Part shown: positions 14,707 through 24,254 of the stretch, one piece after another
Numbering within the stretch: position 1 is the stretch's first letter
Layout: each line of letters begins with the position of its first letter
Assembly: GCF_013122565.1 (NCBI RefSeq)
Contig: NZ_CP053258.1
Strand: one strand, 5' to 3'
Length of the DNA stretch: 64,000 nt
From: Escherichia coli
Lineage (GTDB): Bacteria; Pseudomonadota; Gammaproteobacteria; Enterobacterales; Enterobacteriaceae
The notes under the pieces: generated by a model
Databases searched by the model: none
What the model saw: the letters and a program-made list of their open reading frames with translations, nothing else
What the model was told of the DNA's origin: nothing
Position numbers and translations under genes: made by a program

Positions 14707-15483
14707 ATGAAAATTACGCAAATTCGTAATGCCACCCAAATTATCCAATACGCTGGCAAAACATTTCTTATCGACCCGTTACTCGCGCCTAAAGGAAGTT
14801 ATCCGGGTTTTGCCGGAACGGCACGCGCAGAAATCCGCAATCCAACGGTAGAATTACCGTGCGATTTAACAACGTTACTCAACGTTGACGCCCTAATCGT
14901 GACCCATTTGCATGAAGATCACTGGGACGAAACAGCCTCCCGCGTCGTTCCTAAAGATAAACTGATTTATGTGCAAAATGAGCAAGATGCTGAATCACTG
15001 AATAAACAAGGATTTACGCATCTTACCGTACTTACCGACGAGACTAAATTTGGCGATATTACTCTGCATAAAACGACAGGGCAGCACGGCTCCGATCGCA
15101 CCTATGCCGACCCGGCTATGGCGAAGCGTTTAGGCGCAGCCTGCGGCGTTGTTTTCCAGCACCCGACAGAGAAAACGCTCTATCTGGCTGGCGATACCCT
15201 CTGGCGTGACGACGTCGAGGCTACAATGCTAACTTTCCAACCAGAAGTGGTTGTGTTGAATGCCGGATTTGCGCATGTTCTGGGGCATGGCGCGATAATT
15301 ATGGGAGCAGAAGATATTCTCAAAACACATTTTACCCTGCCAGAAGCGCAAATTGTCGCGACACATATGGAGGCCGTAAACCACTGTTTGCTGACGCGTG
15401 ATGCGCTCAAGGAATACGCCAGAGATAATCAAATTATCGAATTTGTGAACGTACCAGAAGATGGTGAAACGTTGACATTCTAA
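14707..15483 (+). CDS. MBL-fold metallo-hydrolase
   Basis: 258 aa; metallo-beta-lactamase signature THLHEDHWD (HxHxDH); GGAG SD 6 nt upstream; track ORF starts at GTG 14695. Confidence 0.75.
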   Translation: MKITQIRNATQIIQYAGKTFLIDPLLAPKGSYPGFAGTARAEIRNPTVELPCDLTTLLNVDALIVTHLHEDHWDETASRVVPKDKLIYVQNEQDAESLNKQGFTHLTVLTDETKFGDITLHKTTGQHGSDRTYADPAMAKRLGAACGVVFQHPTEKTLYLAGDTLWRDDVEATMLTFQPEVVVLNAGFAHVLGHGAIIMGAEDILKTHFTLPEAQIVATHMEAVNHCLLTRDALKEYARDNQIIEFVNVPEDGETLTF

Positions 15484-15502
15484 TTCGGAGATAAAGAGTG
15501 TT

Positions 15503-16456
15503 ATGCGCCCGCTAACTGTTGCCATTATCGCCGTTGCCGGTTTTAGTCCTTTTCACCTTTCCGTACCGTTTATCGTATTTAGCGAAAAAATGGCGGAGAA
15601 AAAACACTTTCACGTAATTATCTGCGCTGAAAAGCCGGGAAACGTGGACTCTGCCGATGGGTTTTCCGTAACCGCCACCCATGACTATACCGCAGTCATC
15701 CAGGCGGATATTGTGATAATTCCTTACTGGGGAACAATTACACAAAAACCGCCACAAAAACTGCTGGAAGCCTTAACGACCGCACGGGATAACGGCGCAC
15801 AGATTGTCGGGCTTTGCCTGGGCACGTTTGTGCTCGGCTATGCAGGTTTACTGAAAAATAAGCGTGCCGCCACGCACTGGGAGTTCGAGCGTGAATTTCA
15901 GGCACGTTTTCCACAAACACATCTGGATATTAACGCGTTGTACGTAGACGATGACGGCATTATTACCTCTGCCGGTACTGCCGCGGCGCTGGATTGCTGT
16001 TTGTATATTGTTCGGCAACATTTTGGCAGCGACTATGCTAACCATATTGCCCGACGGATGGTCGTACCGCCATATCGCACCGGCGGTCAGGCGCAGTTTA
16101 TTGAGCAACCAGTGCCGAAAAATACCCATGATGAACGCATAAACCTCCTGCTGGATTACCTGCGGCAAAACATTGCGCAACAGCATGATCTCGACTCGCT
16201 GGCGCAGCGAGTAATGATGAGTCGCCGCACATTAACTCGCCATTTTATGAAAGCGACCGGTTCGAGTATCGCCGAATGGCTCATTACTGAACGCTTACGC
16301 CGTAGCCAGGAACTGTTGGGATCCAGTCAGTTGCCCGTTGAGCGGATAGCGGCTGAGGTGGGTTTTCTCTCACCTGTGACCTGGCGTCAGCATTTTAAAT
16401 CTCACTTCGGCGTCAGCCCCGCCGAATGGCGCAAAACCTTTCGCGGTATGGCATGA
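15503..16456 (+). CDS. GlxA-family transcriptional regulator (DJ-1/PfpI domain + AraC-type HTH)
   Basis: 317 aa; N-terminal class I glutamine amidotransferase-like fold, C-terminal AraC HTH (RRTLTRHFMKATG ... SPAEWRK); 20 nt after MBL gene, probably co-transcribed. Confidence 0.8.
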   Translation: MRPLTVAIIAVAGFSPFHLSVPFIVFSEKMAEKKHFHVIICAEKPGNVDSADGFSVTATHDYTAVIQADIVIIPYWGTITQKPPQKLLEALTTARDNGAQIVGLCLGTFVLGYAGLLKNKRAATHWEFEREFQARFPQTHLDINALYVDDDGIITSAGTAAALDCCLYIVRQHFGSDYANHIARRMVVPPYRTGGQAQFIEQPVPKNTHDERINLLLDYLRQNIAQQHDLDSLAQRVMMSRRTLTRHFMKATGSSIAEWLITERLRRSQELLGSSQLPVERIAAEVGFLSPVTWRQHFKSHFGVSPAEWRKTFRGMA

Positions 16457-16650
16457 TAGCGCGTGCAGGAAAGTCAATTCAGGTTCCCCACTAACCAACT
16501 GAATTGTGGGAAGATTGCTTTATCAGGCTTAATACAAGCCATTCGGTAACAGTTTTTCTCGCTCCCGCCCTGTCACTCCTGTTGATTGTGCAATGTTACA
16601 AAAATGCTTCATTTTTGTTGATTTTCTACTGTGATCAATTCGGCAATATC

Positions 16651-16703
16651 CTCTCCTGAATTTCACCAGACTACTTCCAGCCCATTCGCAATATCAGGAG
16701 AGA
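16651..16703 (+). promoter_or_regulatory. Leader inverted repeat (ctctcctga ... tcaggagag) overlapping the Shine-Dalgarno of the acyl-CoA ligase gene
   Basis: 9-bp perfect inverted repeat; both arms preceded by gcaatatc; 3' arm contains the AGGAG RBS 4 nt upstream of ATG 16707. Confidence 0.35.
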
Positions 16704-16706
16704 CAA

Positions 16707-18263
16707 ATGAGCAGCACCTCCGCCGACTTCCAGAATTTGTATCAGGCACTGAGTCACAGCGCCGCCCGCAGTCCGAATGACCTGGCGCTGGCGTTTGAGG
16801 ATCAGCGCTATATGTACCGCGATTTTCACCTGCGGGTACAGCGGACGATGGCGCAACTTGACCGCAGCTGGTCGTTGCGCAAAGGCGACCGGATCCTGCT
16901 GGCCCTGGGGAATCATCCCGCTTTTTGCGAAGTCCTTTTTGCGGCAGTTGGTCTGGGCATCGAGGTGGTGCCTTTCAGCACTAAGCTTAAGCAGGCCGAG
17001 AGCGAGGAGCTGGTGGGTCATATCGCGCCCCAGGTCGTGCTGTTCGATGCAACCGTGCAGGACTGGCTGAAAAACACCCCCAACGCGCGCGCTGTTTCAC
17101 TTAGTGAATGGCTGGCGCTTTCTCTTCCCGAACCGCTGACTCGCCTGCCGGCCCAGGTTAACCGCGACGACACGGCGGTGATGATGTTTACCTCAGGTAC
17201 TACCGGGGAGCCAAAAGGCGCGATTATCACCCACCATAATCTGCTCTGCGCGATTGACGCCTATACGCAAAAACTGAATCTGACCGCTGCGGATAGCACT
17301 ATTCTGGCGGTGCCTATTTATCACATCACTGGCCTGTCGGCGCTGCTGGCGCTGTTTATTAGCCTTGGTGCGAGCATCTGGCTGCAACACCGGTTCAATG
17401 CCTCGCAGGTGATCAATACCCTGCGCGAGCAAAATATTACCTTTCTGCACGGCTCGCCAACCATCTTTATCCTCCTATGTCAGGCGGCACGCGAAATAAG
17501 CGACAGCCATCCGGGCGATTTTCCCGCGCTACGGACGATCGCTTGCGGTGCGGGCCACCTGAGCGACGGCCTTATCAAAGAGTTAAAAACGCTGTTCCCG
17601 CATACGGCAATTCAGCCGATCTACGGGCTCACCGAAACGACCTCACCCGCGACGATTTTTCCAGGCGACGTCTGGGGTAGCGAGAAATGCGGCAGTTCGG
17701 GCCAGGCGATCCCCGGCCTCACGATTACGATTCGCAACGATCGCCAGCAACGTCTCCCTGCCGGACAAATTGGGCATATCTGGCTGAAAGGCGATGTGGT
17801 CATCCGCGAGTACTGGCAGCACAGCGAAAGACGCCCGAGCTGCGATGAACAGGGCTGGTTTTGTACGGGTGATTTGGGCTATCTCGACGACGAAGGCTGG
17901 CTGTACATCAAAGACCGCAGTAAAGACATGATCAATCGCGGTGGGGAGAAAATTTACTCTCTGGAGCTGGAAAACATTCTCTCTACCTATCGGGGAGTAC
18001 GGGAAGTCGCCGTGATCCCGGCCCCCAGCCCGCTCTATGGTGAAGAGCCGGTGGCGTTTATCGTGCCGGACGGTCAACACCACCTGACAAGCGAAGAGAT
18101 CCTCTGCTGGCTGAAGGTCAAAATTGCCCGCTTTAAGCTTCCGGCACGCATTATTTTCACCCGCATTTTACCCCGTACCCATAACGGAAAAGTGAGCAAA
18201 CAACAGCTCAAAACACGCCTTGCGGAATCGATCATCACGTTATCAACGGAGGATAAACAGTGA
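16707..18263 (+). CDS. AMP-dependent synthetase / acyl-CoA ligase (class I adenylate-forming enzyme)
   Basis: 518 aa; AMP-binding motif TSGTTGEPKGA, downstream GYGLTE-like and adenylation core motifs. Confidence 0.85.
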   Translation: MSSTSADFQNLYQALSHSAARSPNDLALAFEDQRYMYRDFHLRVQRTMAQLDRSWSLRKGDRILLALGNHPAFCEVLFAAVGLGIEVVPFSTKLKQAESEELVGHIAPQVVLFDATVQDWLKNTPNARAVSLSEWLALSLPEPLTRLPAQVNRDDTAVMMFTSGTTGEPKGAIITHHNLLCAIDAYTQKLNLTAADSTILAVPIYHITGLSALLALFISLGASIWLQHRFNASQVINTLREQNITFLHGSPTIFILLCQAAREISDSHPGDFPALRTIACGAGHLSDGLIKELKTLFPHTAIQPIYGLTETTSPATIFPGDVWGSEKCGSSGQAIPGLTITIRNDRQQRLPAGQIGHIWLKGDVVIREYWQHSERRPSCDEQGWFCTGDLGYLDDEGWLYIKDRSKDMINRGGEKIYSLELENILSTYRGVREVAVIPAPSPLYGEEPVAFIVPDGQHHLTSEEILCWLKVKIARFKLPARIIFTRILPRTHNGKVSKQQLKTRLAESIITLSTEDKQ

Positions 18264-19852
18264 GTAACAAATTTATCAGCGCCCATGAAGCGGCGCAGTT
18301 AGTCACCAGCGGCGATACCGTCTGCACCGTCGGGATGACGCTTATCGGCGCGGCAGAATCCATTTTAGCGGCCATTGAAGCGCGCTTTCTGACCGAGGGC
18401 ACACCGCGCGATCTGACATTGTTACATGCCGCAGGGCAAAGCGATCGGCAGCGCGGCATTCAGCACTTCGCCCATCAGGGAATGGTGACGCGGCTTATCG
18501 GTTCGCACTGGGGCCTTGCGCCGCGCTGGATGGCGATGATCAACAACAACGAAGTGGAAGCCTGGTGCCTGCCGCAGGGGCAGATCGTCCATCTTTATAG
18601 CGCGATGGCCGCCGGACTTACAGGGCGACTCTCCCCCGTCGGGCTGGGTACTTTTGTCGATCCGCGCATAGAAGGCGGGCGGATGAATGCCCGTACCCGC
18701 GAAAAGCCAGATCTGATTGAGCATGTGATGTTTCGCGGCGACGAGTATCTGTTTTATCCAGCCATTCCCCTGAACGTCGTCATTGTGCGCGGAACTCATG
18801 CCGATGAAGACGGCAACCTCACTACGGATGAAGAGGTCATGAAACTGGAAGTTCTGCACGCGGTTCTCGCCGCCAGACGTTACGGGGCGAAGGTGCTGGC
18901 GCAGGTGAAATATCGTGTGGCGAAAGGTTCGCTGCATCCGAAAAGCGTCACCGTTCCTGGCAACCTGATCGATGCCATTGTGGTGTGCAACGAGCCGCAG
19001 ACGGATCACCGCCAAAGCTCCAGTTGGGACTTCGATCCGGCACTGTGCGGCGATATCCAGTTGCCCGCAGCGCAGAATGCGCCGCTGCAACTCGACCTGC
19101 GCAAACTTATCGGGCGGATCGCCTGCCGCTATCTGACGCCCGGCTGTGTCATCAATCTTGGCACCGGGATCCCCAATGATGTGATTGGCGCCATCATCCA
19201 TGAAGAACAGCTCGGCGAGCAAGTCACCATCACCGTTGAATCGGGGATCTACGGTGGGCAGCAGGCGGGCGGCGTTGATTTTGGTATCGGTCGTAATCTG
19301 AGCGCGATGATAAGTCACCAGGATCAAATGCTCTATTACAACGGCGCGGGCGTCGATATCACCTTTATGGGTGCCGGCGAGATGGATCCGCACGGTCACG
19401 TCAACGCCACGCGGCTCGGTGCATCCTGCCCCGGCGCAGGCGGTTTTATCGACATCACGCAGAATGCCCGCCACGTCGTGTTCTGCTCCTCTTTTACCGC
19501 CAAAGGGCTGGAGATTGCCTGTGAAAATGGGCAGTTGCATATCCTGCGCGAAGGCGAGGTACGTAAGTTCGTCGCCGGGGTTAATCAGATTTCTTATAAC
19601 GGTGAGCTGGCCCGCAACAAAGGCCAAACCATGCATTACGTCACCGAACGGGCAGTGTTCGAACTACGTCCGCAGGGACCGGTGCTGACGGAAATCGCCC
19701 CCGGCATCGATCTTGAGCGCGACATCCTGGCACATATGGATTTTCGTCCGGCTATCGCCGGGGATCTTAAGGTAATGGACAGCCGTTTATTTGCCCCGCA
19801 GCCCTGTGGCCTGGCGGAACATCTGTCCCACAATTCATCCTCTGACTCATAA
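18260..19852 (+). CDS. Family I CoA-transferase, fused alpha/beta (YdiF-like acyl-CoA:acetate/3-ketoacid CoA transferase)
   Basis: 530 aa; architecture and ESG glutamate region resemble E. coli YdiF; GTG start overlaps ligase stop by 4 nt with GGAGGA SD. Confidence 0.8.
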   Translation: MSNKFISAHEAAQLVTSGDTVCTVGMTLIGAAESILAAIEARFLTEGTPRDLTLLHAAGQSDRQRGIQHFAHQGMVTRLIGSHWGLAPRWMAMINNNEVEAWCLPQGQIVHLYSAMAAGLTGRLSPVGLGTFVDPRIEGGRMNARTREKPDLIEHVMFRGDEYLFYPAIPLNVVIVRGTHADEDGNLTTDEEVMKLEVLHAVLAARRYGAKVLAQVKYRVAKGSLHPKSVTVPGNLIDAIVVCNEPQTDHRQSSSWDFDPALCGDIQLPAAQNAPLQLDLRKLIGRIACRYLTPGCVINLGTGIPNDVIGAIIHEEQLGEQVTITVESGIYGGQQAGGVDFGIGRNLSAMISHQDQMLYYNGAGVDITFMGAGEMDPHGHVNATRLGASCPGAGGFIDITQNARHVVFCSSFTAKGLEIACENGQLHILREGEVRKFVAGVNQISYNGELARNKGQTMHYVTERAVFELRPQGPVLTEIAPGIDLERDILAHMDFRPAIAGDLKVMDSRLFAPQPCGLAEHLSHNSSSDS

Positions 19853-19863
19853 GGAAATTAACT

Positions 19864-20598
19864 ATGAAACTAGCCAGTAAAACGGCCATTGTCACCGGCG
19901 CCGCGCGCGGTATCGGATTTGGTATTGCCCAGGTGCTTGCGCGAGAAGGTGCCCGAGTCATCATCGCCGACCGCGACCCACATGGCGAAGCCACTGCCGC
20001 ATCCCTGCGCGAACAGGGTGCCCAGGCGCTGTTTATCAGCTGCAATATTGGCGATAAAACGCAGGTTGAAGCGCTGTTTTCCCAAGCCGAAGAAGCGTTT
20101 GGCCCGGTGGATATTCTGGTTAATAACGCCGGTATCAACCGCGACGCCATGTTGCACAAACTCACTGAAGCGGACTGGGACACGGTGATTGACGTCAATA
20201 TGAAGGGCACGTTTCTCTGTATGCAGCAGGCGGCAATCCGTATGCGCGAGCGCGGCACGGGCCGCATTATCAATATCGCTTCCGCAAGCTGGCTTGGCAA
20301 CGTTGGGCAAACCAACTATTCGGCGTCAAAAGCGGGCGTGGTCGGGATGACTAAAACCGCCTGTCGCGAACTGGCAAAAAAAGGGGTCACGGTTAACGCC
20401 ATCTGCCCCGGTTTTATTGATACCGATATGACGCGCGGCGTCCCGGAAAACGTCTGGCAAATCATGATCAACAAAATTCCTGCGGGCTACGCCGGGGAGG
20501 CGAAAGACGTTGGCGAGTGTGTGGCGTTTCTGGCGTCCGACGGCGCGCGCTATATCAATGGTGAAGTGATTAATGTCGGCGGCGGCATGGTTCTGTAA
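19864..20598 (+). CDS. Short-chain dehydrogenase/reductase (FabG-like 3-oxoacyl / 3-hydroxyacyl oxidoreductase)
   Basis: 244 aa; TGAARGIG cofactor motif, catalytic YSASK (YxxxK); AAGGA SD. Confidence 0.85.
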   Translation: MKLASKTAIVTGAARGIGFGIAQVLAREGARVIIADRDPHGEATAASLREQGAQALFISCNIGDKTQVEALFSQAEEAFGPVDILVNNAGINRDAMLHKLTEADWDTVIDVNMKGTFLCMQQAAIRMRERGTGRIINIASASWLGNVGQTNYSASKAGVVGMTKTACRELAKKGVTVNAICPGFIDTDMTRGVPENVWQIMINKIPAGYAGEAKDVGECVAFLASDGARYINGEVINVGGGMVL

Positions 20599-20608
20599 GG
20601 GGAAAAAG

Positions 20609-21799
20609 ATGATACAGGCTAATGATATTGTGGTGGTCAGCGGCGTCCGTACCGCTATTGGCACGTTTAATGGCAGTCTTAAGCATACCCACCAGCATGA
20701 CCTGGGGGCAGCGGTCATTCGCGAAGCGGTCAGCCGCGCCGGACTTGCGCCGAAAGATATCGATGAAGTGATCGTCGGCAACGTTGGGCAAATCGCCGAA
20801 AGCGGTTTTATCGCCCGCATCTGCCAGCTTCGGGCGGGGATCCCGCAGGAAAGTACCGCGTATTCGGTTAACCGCCAGTGCGGCTCCGGTCTACAGGCCC
20901 TGGCAGACGGCATGATGCAGCTACAAAGCGGTCAGGCCGATGTCGTCGTCGCCTGCGGAACTGAAAATATGACCCAACTGCCCTACTACCTGCGTAAAGC
21001 GCGGGATGGCTATCGCATGGGTCATGGCGAGCTGGAAGATGGTCTGATTTCTATCCTCACCTGGCCTGAAGGGCCTTATCACAACGGCATCACGGCGGAA
21101 AACGTCGCGCAACAGTTCGGGATCACCCGCGAAGCGATGGACGATTTCGCCTGGTCAAGCCAGCAGAAGGCGCTGAAAGCCATCGCGCAGGATCGCTTTC
21201 GCGAACAGATCCTGCCCCTTGAAGTGCCGGACGGCAAAAAAGCCTCCCGCCTGTTCGCGGTTGATGAACACCCGCGTGACACCCCACGCGAAAAGCTCGC
21301 CACGCTGCGACCGGCATTTAAAGCCGACGGCGTGGTGACGGCAGCCAACTCATCCGGCATTAACGACGGTGCGGCTGCGCTGGTGATGATGACCCGTCAG
21401 CAGGCGGAAAAGCGTGGCTTAACCCCACTAATGCGGATCCGCGGCTGGGCGGTTGCCGGCTGCGGCGCAGATATCATGGGCTTTGGCCCTGCTCCCGCGA
21501 CCCGGCGTCTGATGGACCGTCTCAATATGGATGTCCACGCCATAGATTTAATTGAACTCAATGAGGCCTTCGCCGCCCAGGCGCTGGCGGTGATGAACGA
21601 TCTGCGTCTCGATCCGGCCCGCGTCAACGTTAATGGCGGCGCAATCGCCCTCGGACACCCGGTGGGTGCCAGCGGTGCGATCTTGCCGGTCAAACTCATG
21701 TATGAAATGGCGCGCAGCGGTGCACGTACCGGTCTGGTCACGATGTGCATCGGCGGCGGTCAGGGAATTTCTATGCTGTTCGAGCGCGAAGGCGCTTAG
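20609..21799 (+). CDS. Thiolase (acetyl-CoA C-acyl/acetyltransferase)
   Basis: 396 aa from MIQANDIVVVSGVRTAIG; active-site NRQCGSGLQA, C-terminal GHPVGASG and CIGGGQG motifs; track ORF begins 12 codons earlier. Confidence 0.85.
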   Translation: MIQANDIVVVSGVRTAIGTFNGSLKHTHQHDLGAAVIREAVSRAGLAPKDIDEVIVGNVGQIAESGFIARICQLRAGIPQESTAYSVNRQCGSGLQALADGMMQLQSGQADVVVACGTENMTQLPYYLRKARDGYRMGHGELEDGLISILTWPEGPYHNGITAENVAQQFGITREAMDDFAWSSQQKALKAIAQDRFREQILPLEVPDGKKASRLFAVDEHPRDTPREKLATLRPAFKADGVVTAANSSGINDGAAALVMMTRQQAEKRGLTPLMRIRGWAVAGCGADIMGFGPAPATRRLMDRLNMDVHAIDLIELNEAFAAQALAVMNDLRLDPARVNVNGGAIALGHPVGASGAILPVKLMYEMARSGARTGLVTMCIGGGQGISMLFEREGA

Positions 21800-21807
21800 G
21801 AAAAGAC

Positions 21808-21830
21808 GGCCCGAAGTGGGGCTTCGGGCC
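21808..21830 (+). other. GC-rich hairpin (ggcccgaag tgggg cttcgggcc) between thiolase and MFS genes; no U-tract
   Basis: 9-bp perfect stem with 5-nt loop 9 nt after thiolase stop. Confidence 0.4.
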
Positions 21831-21934
21831 GAGCGTCGTTCGGGCCAGTACCCGGCGACAACCTATGAGCTGACGAACGGGATCGTGTCGATCCCGGCAA
21901 GGCTTCTGACCACGAATACGGGGAAATAATAACC

Positions 21935-23272
21935 ATGTCCGCAATAAATGAAAAGGTGATAAACGGGACGCAGCTACAACGCACCCATAAAAAGATCTAC
22001 CGCCATTTGATGCCGCTACTTATCGTGGCGTACATCATAAGCTTTATTGATCGTACCAATATCGGCATGGCGAAAGCGACCATGTCGGTGGATATCGGCC
22101 TTTCCGCAACCGCATTCGGCCTCGGAGCCGGGTTGTTTTTTCTCACCTACGCAGTGCTGGAGATCCCAAGCAACCTGTTTTTAACCCGAATTGGCGCGCG
22201 GCGCTGGATCGCCCGCATCATGATCACCTGGGGAATCATCTCCTGCGGCATGGCGTTTGTCACCGGACCTACGTCATTTTACGTGATGCGCTTATTGCTC
22301 GGCGCCGCCGAAGCGGGGCTGTATCCGGGCATTATCTACTACCTGACCCTTTGGTTTGGTCGCGAAGAGCGCGCGAAAGCCACCGGCCTTTTCCTGCTGG
22401 GGGTCTGTCTGGCCAATATTATCGGTGCGCCGCTGGGCGGATTGTTATTAAACCTTGATGGTATGTCCGGCTGGCACGGCTGGCAGTGGATGTTTTTTAT
22501 CGAAGGGCTGCCTGCGATACTGCTGGCGTTTGTCGTCTGGCGCAAGCTGCCGGATAAACCTGCCGATGCTCGCTGGCTGGACAGCAACGACGTGCAGGCC
22601 ATTAACGCGGTGCTGGAGAAAGAAGCGCAAGAGACGCGTCATACACCAAACCGCTTCTCCCTCAAAACCGCACTCACCACCCGCGTATTTTTGTTGCTGG
22701 TGCTGATTTACTTTACCCACCAGTTTTCAGTTTACGGCCTGAGTTATTTTCTGCCGGGGATCATTGGTAGCTGGGGCCAGCTTACGCCGCTGCAGATAGG
22801 TCTGCTGACCGCTATCCCGTGGATTGCAGCGGCGGCTGGCGGCATCCTGCTGCCGCGTTTCGCCCGGACGGAACAGCGTTCACGCAGAATGCTGATGGCC
22901 GGATACCTGGTCATGGCCACCGGCATGGCGATTGGTGCAATTTCCGGTCACGGCGTTGCGCTGCTTGGCTTCTCGCTGGCCGCTTTCATGTTCTTCGCTA
23001 TGCAATCCATCATCTTTAACTGGCTCCCCTCGATCATGAGCGGGCATATGCTGGCGGGTAGCTTCGGCCTGCTTAACTGCCTTGGTCTGTGCGGAGGCTT
23101 TCTCGGGCCGTTTATTCTCGGTGCGTTTGAGGATCGAACCGGCGCGGCAACGTCAGGTTTATGGTTCGCCGTCGGGCTGTTGATTGTCGGCGCGTTGGTA
23201 TCTCTGTTCATCAAAGGTTCGTCATCCCTGGGCCATGCTTCGGCAAAACAGGCCTGTGGCGAAAAAGCTTAA
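21935..23272 (+). CDS. MFS transporter, anion:cation symporter (ACS) family-like (hydroxy-acid/aldonate-type permease)
   Basis: 445 aa, 12 predicted TM segments, FIDRTNIG motif typical of ACS-family permeases. Confidence 0.75.
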   Translation: MSAINEKVINGTQLQRTHKKIYRHLMPLLIVAYIISFIDRTNIGMAKATMSVDIGLSATAFGLGAGLFFLTYAVLEIPSNLFLTRIGARRWIARIMITWGIISCGMAFVTGPTSFYVMRLLLGAAEAGLYPGIIYYLTLWFGREERAKATGLFLLGVCLANIIGAPLGGLLLNLDGMSGWHGWQWMFFIEGLPAILLAFVVWRKLPDKPADARWLDSNDVQAINAVLEKEAQETRHTPNRFSLKTALTTRVFLLLVLIYFTHQFSVYGLSYFLPGIIGSWGQLTPLQIGLLTAIPWIAAAAGGILLPRFARTEQRSRRMLMAGYLVMATGMAIGAISGHGVALLGFSLAAFMFFAMQSIIFNWLPSIMSGHMLAGSFGLLNCLGLCGGFLGPFILGAFEDRTGAATSGLWFAVGLLIVGALVSLFIKGSSSLGHASAKQACGEKA

Positions 23273-23285
23273 TTAAGAGGTTCTT

Positions 23286-24164
23286 ATGCGCATCGAAGTC
23301 TTACTGGATTTAAAAACACGGCTCGGTGAAAGCCCGGTCTGGGATGTCGAACAACAGCGCCTTTGGTGGGTGGACAGCCTTGATGGACGCCTGTTTGCCT
23401 GTAATGCGCAGGGCGGCGCGATTAAGAGCTGGGATGTACGGCAGAAAATTGGCTCTTTTGCCCTACGCCAGAACGGGGAAGGCGCGGTGGTGGCGCTTCA
23501 AAATGGCGTTCATCTGCTCGACTTCGCCAGCGGCGAGCTGACGCTGCTGCACCACCCGGAAGCGGACCGCCCCTTTAACCGACTTAACGATGGCAAAGTC
23601 GATCGTCAGGGACGCTTTCTGTTCGGGTCAATGGATATGCGCGAGGAGGAGCCGAGCGGCGCGCTGTATCGCCTGGACGCCGATCTATCACTGCACGTAC
23701 TGAAGAAAAATATCATCGTCTCCAACGCCCCCTGCTGGAGTCCATCCGGCGAGACGTTTTATTTTGCCGATACCTGGTCGGGCAAAATCCGCGCCTGGGA
23801 TTACAACACCGCGACCGGAGATATCTCCGCAGAACGGCTCTTTTGCCATGTCGATCGCAGCGAAGGCGGCGCAGCGGATGGTGCTACCGTGGACAGCGAA
23901 GGGTGTCTGTGGAATGCGCTGGTCTACGCGGGCAAGTTAGTACGCTACACGCCGGAAGGGCAGATTGATCGCATCATTGAGATGCCGGTGAAAAAAGTCA
24001 CCAGTGTGATGTTCGGCGGCGAAAATCTCGACGTGCTGTACGTCACTTCAATGGCGCAGCCGCCCCTGGCGCGTTTCCCGGAAGATAATCAGTTGCGTGG
24101 CAGCCTGTTCGCCATTTACGACCTGGGCGTGACCGGCGTTGCGGAACGGCGTTTTGCCGGATAA
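23286..24164 (+). CDS. SMP-30/gluconolactonase/LRE-family lactonase (regucalcin-like beta-propeller)
   Basis: 292 aa; family motifs SPVWD, NDGKVDRQGRF, DGATVDSEGCLW; AAGAGG SD. Confidence 0.8.
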   Translation: MRIEVLLDLKTRLGESPVWDVEQQRLWWVDSLDGRLFACNAQGGAIKSWDVRQKIGSFALRQNGEGAVVALQNGVHLLDFASGELTLLHHPEADRPFNRLNDGKVDRQGRFLFGSMDMREEEPSGALYRLDADLSLHVLKKNIIVSNAPCWSPSGETFYFADTWSGKIRAWDYNTATGDISAERLFCHVDRSEGGAADGATVDSEGCLWNALVYAGKLVRYTPEGQIDRIIEMPVKKVTSVMFGGENLDVLYVTSMAQPPLARFPEDNQLRGSLFAIYDLGVTGVAERRFAG

Positions 24165-24254
24165 GCGAACTTTCGGTTCGCCGCGATAACCATAATACGC
24201 GGCGAACTGACTCTGACCCTGACACATGGCGGCGCGCCGTGGAGTAAAAAAACT

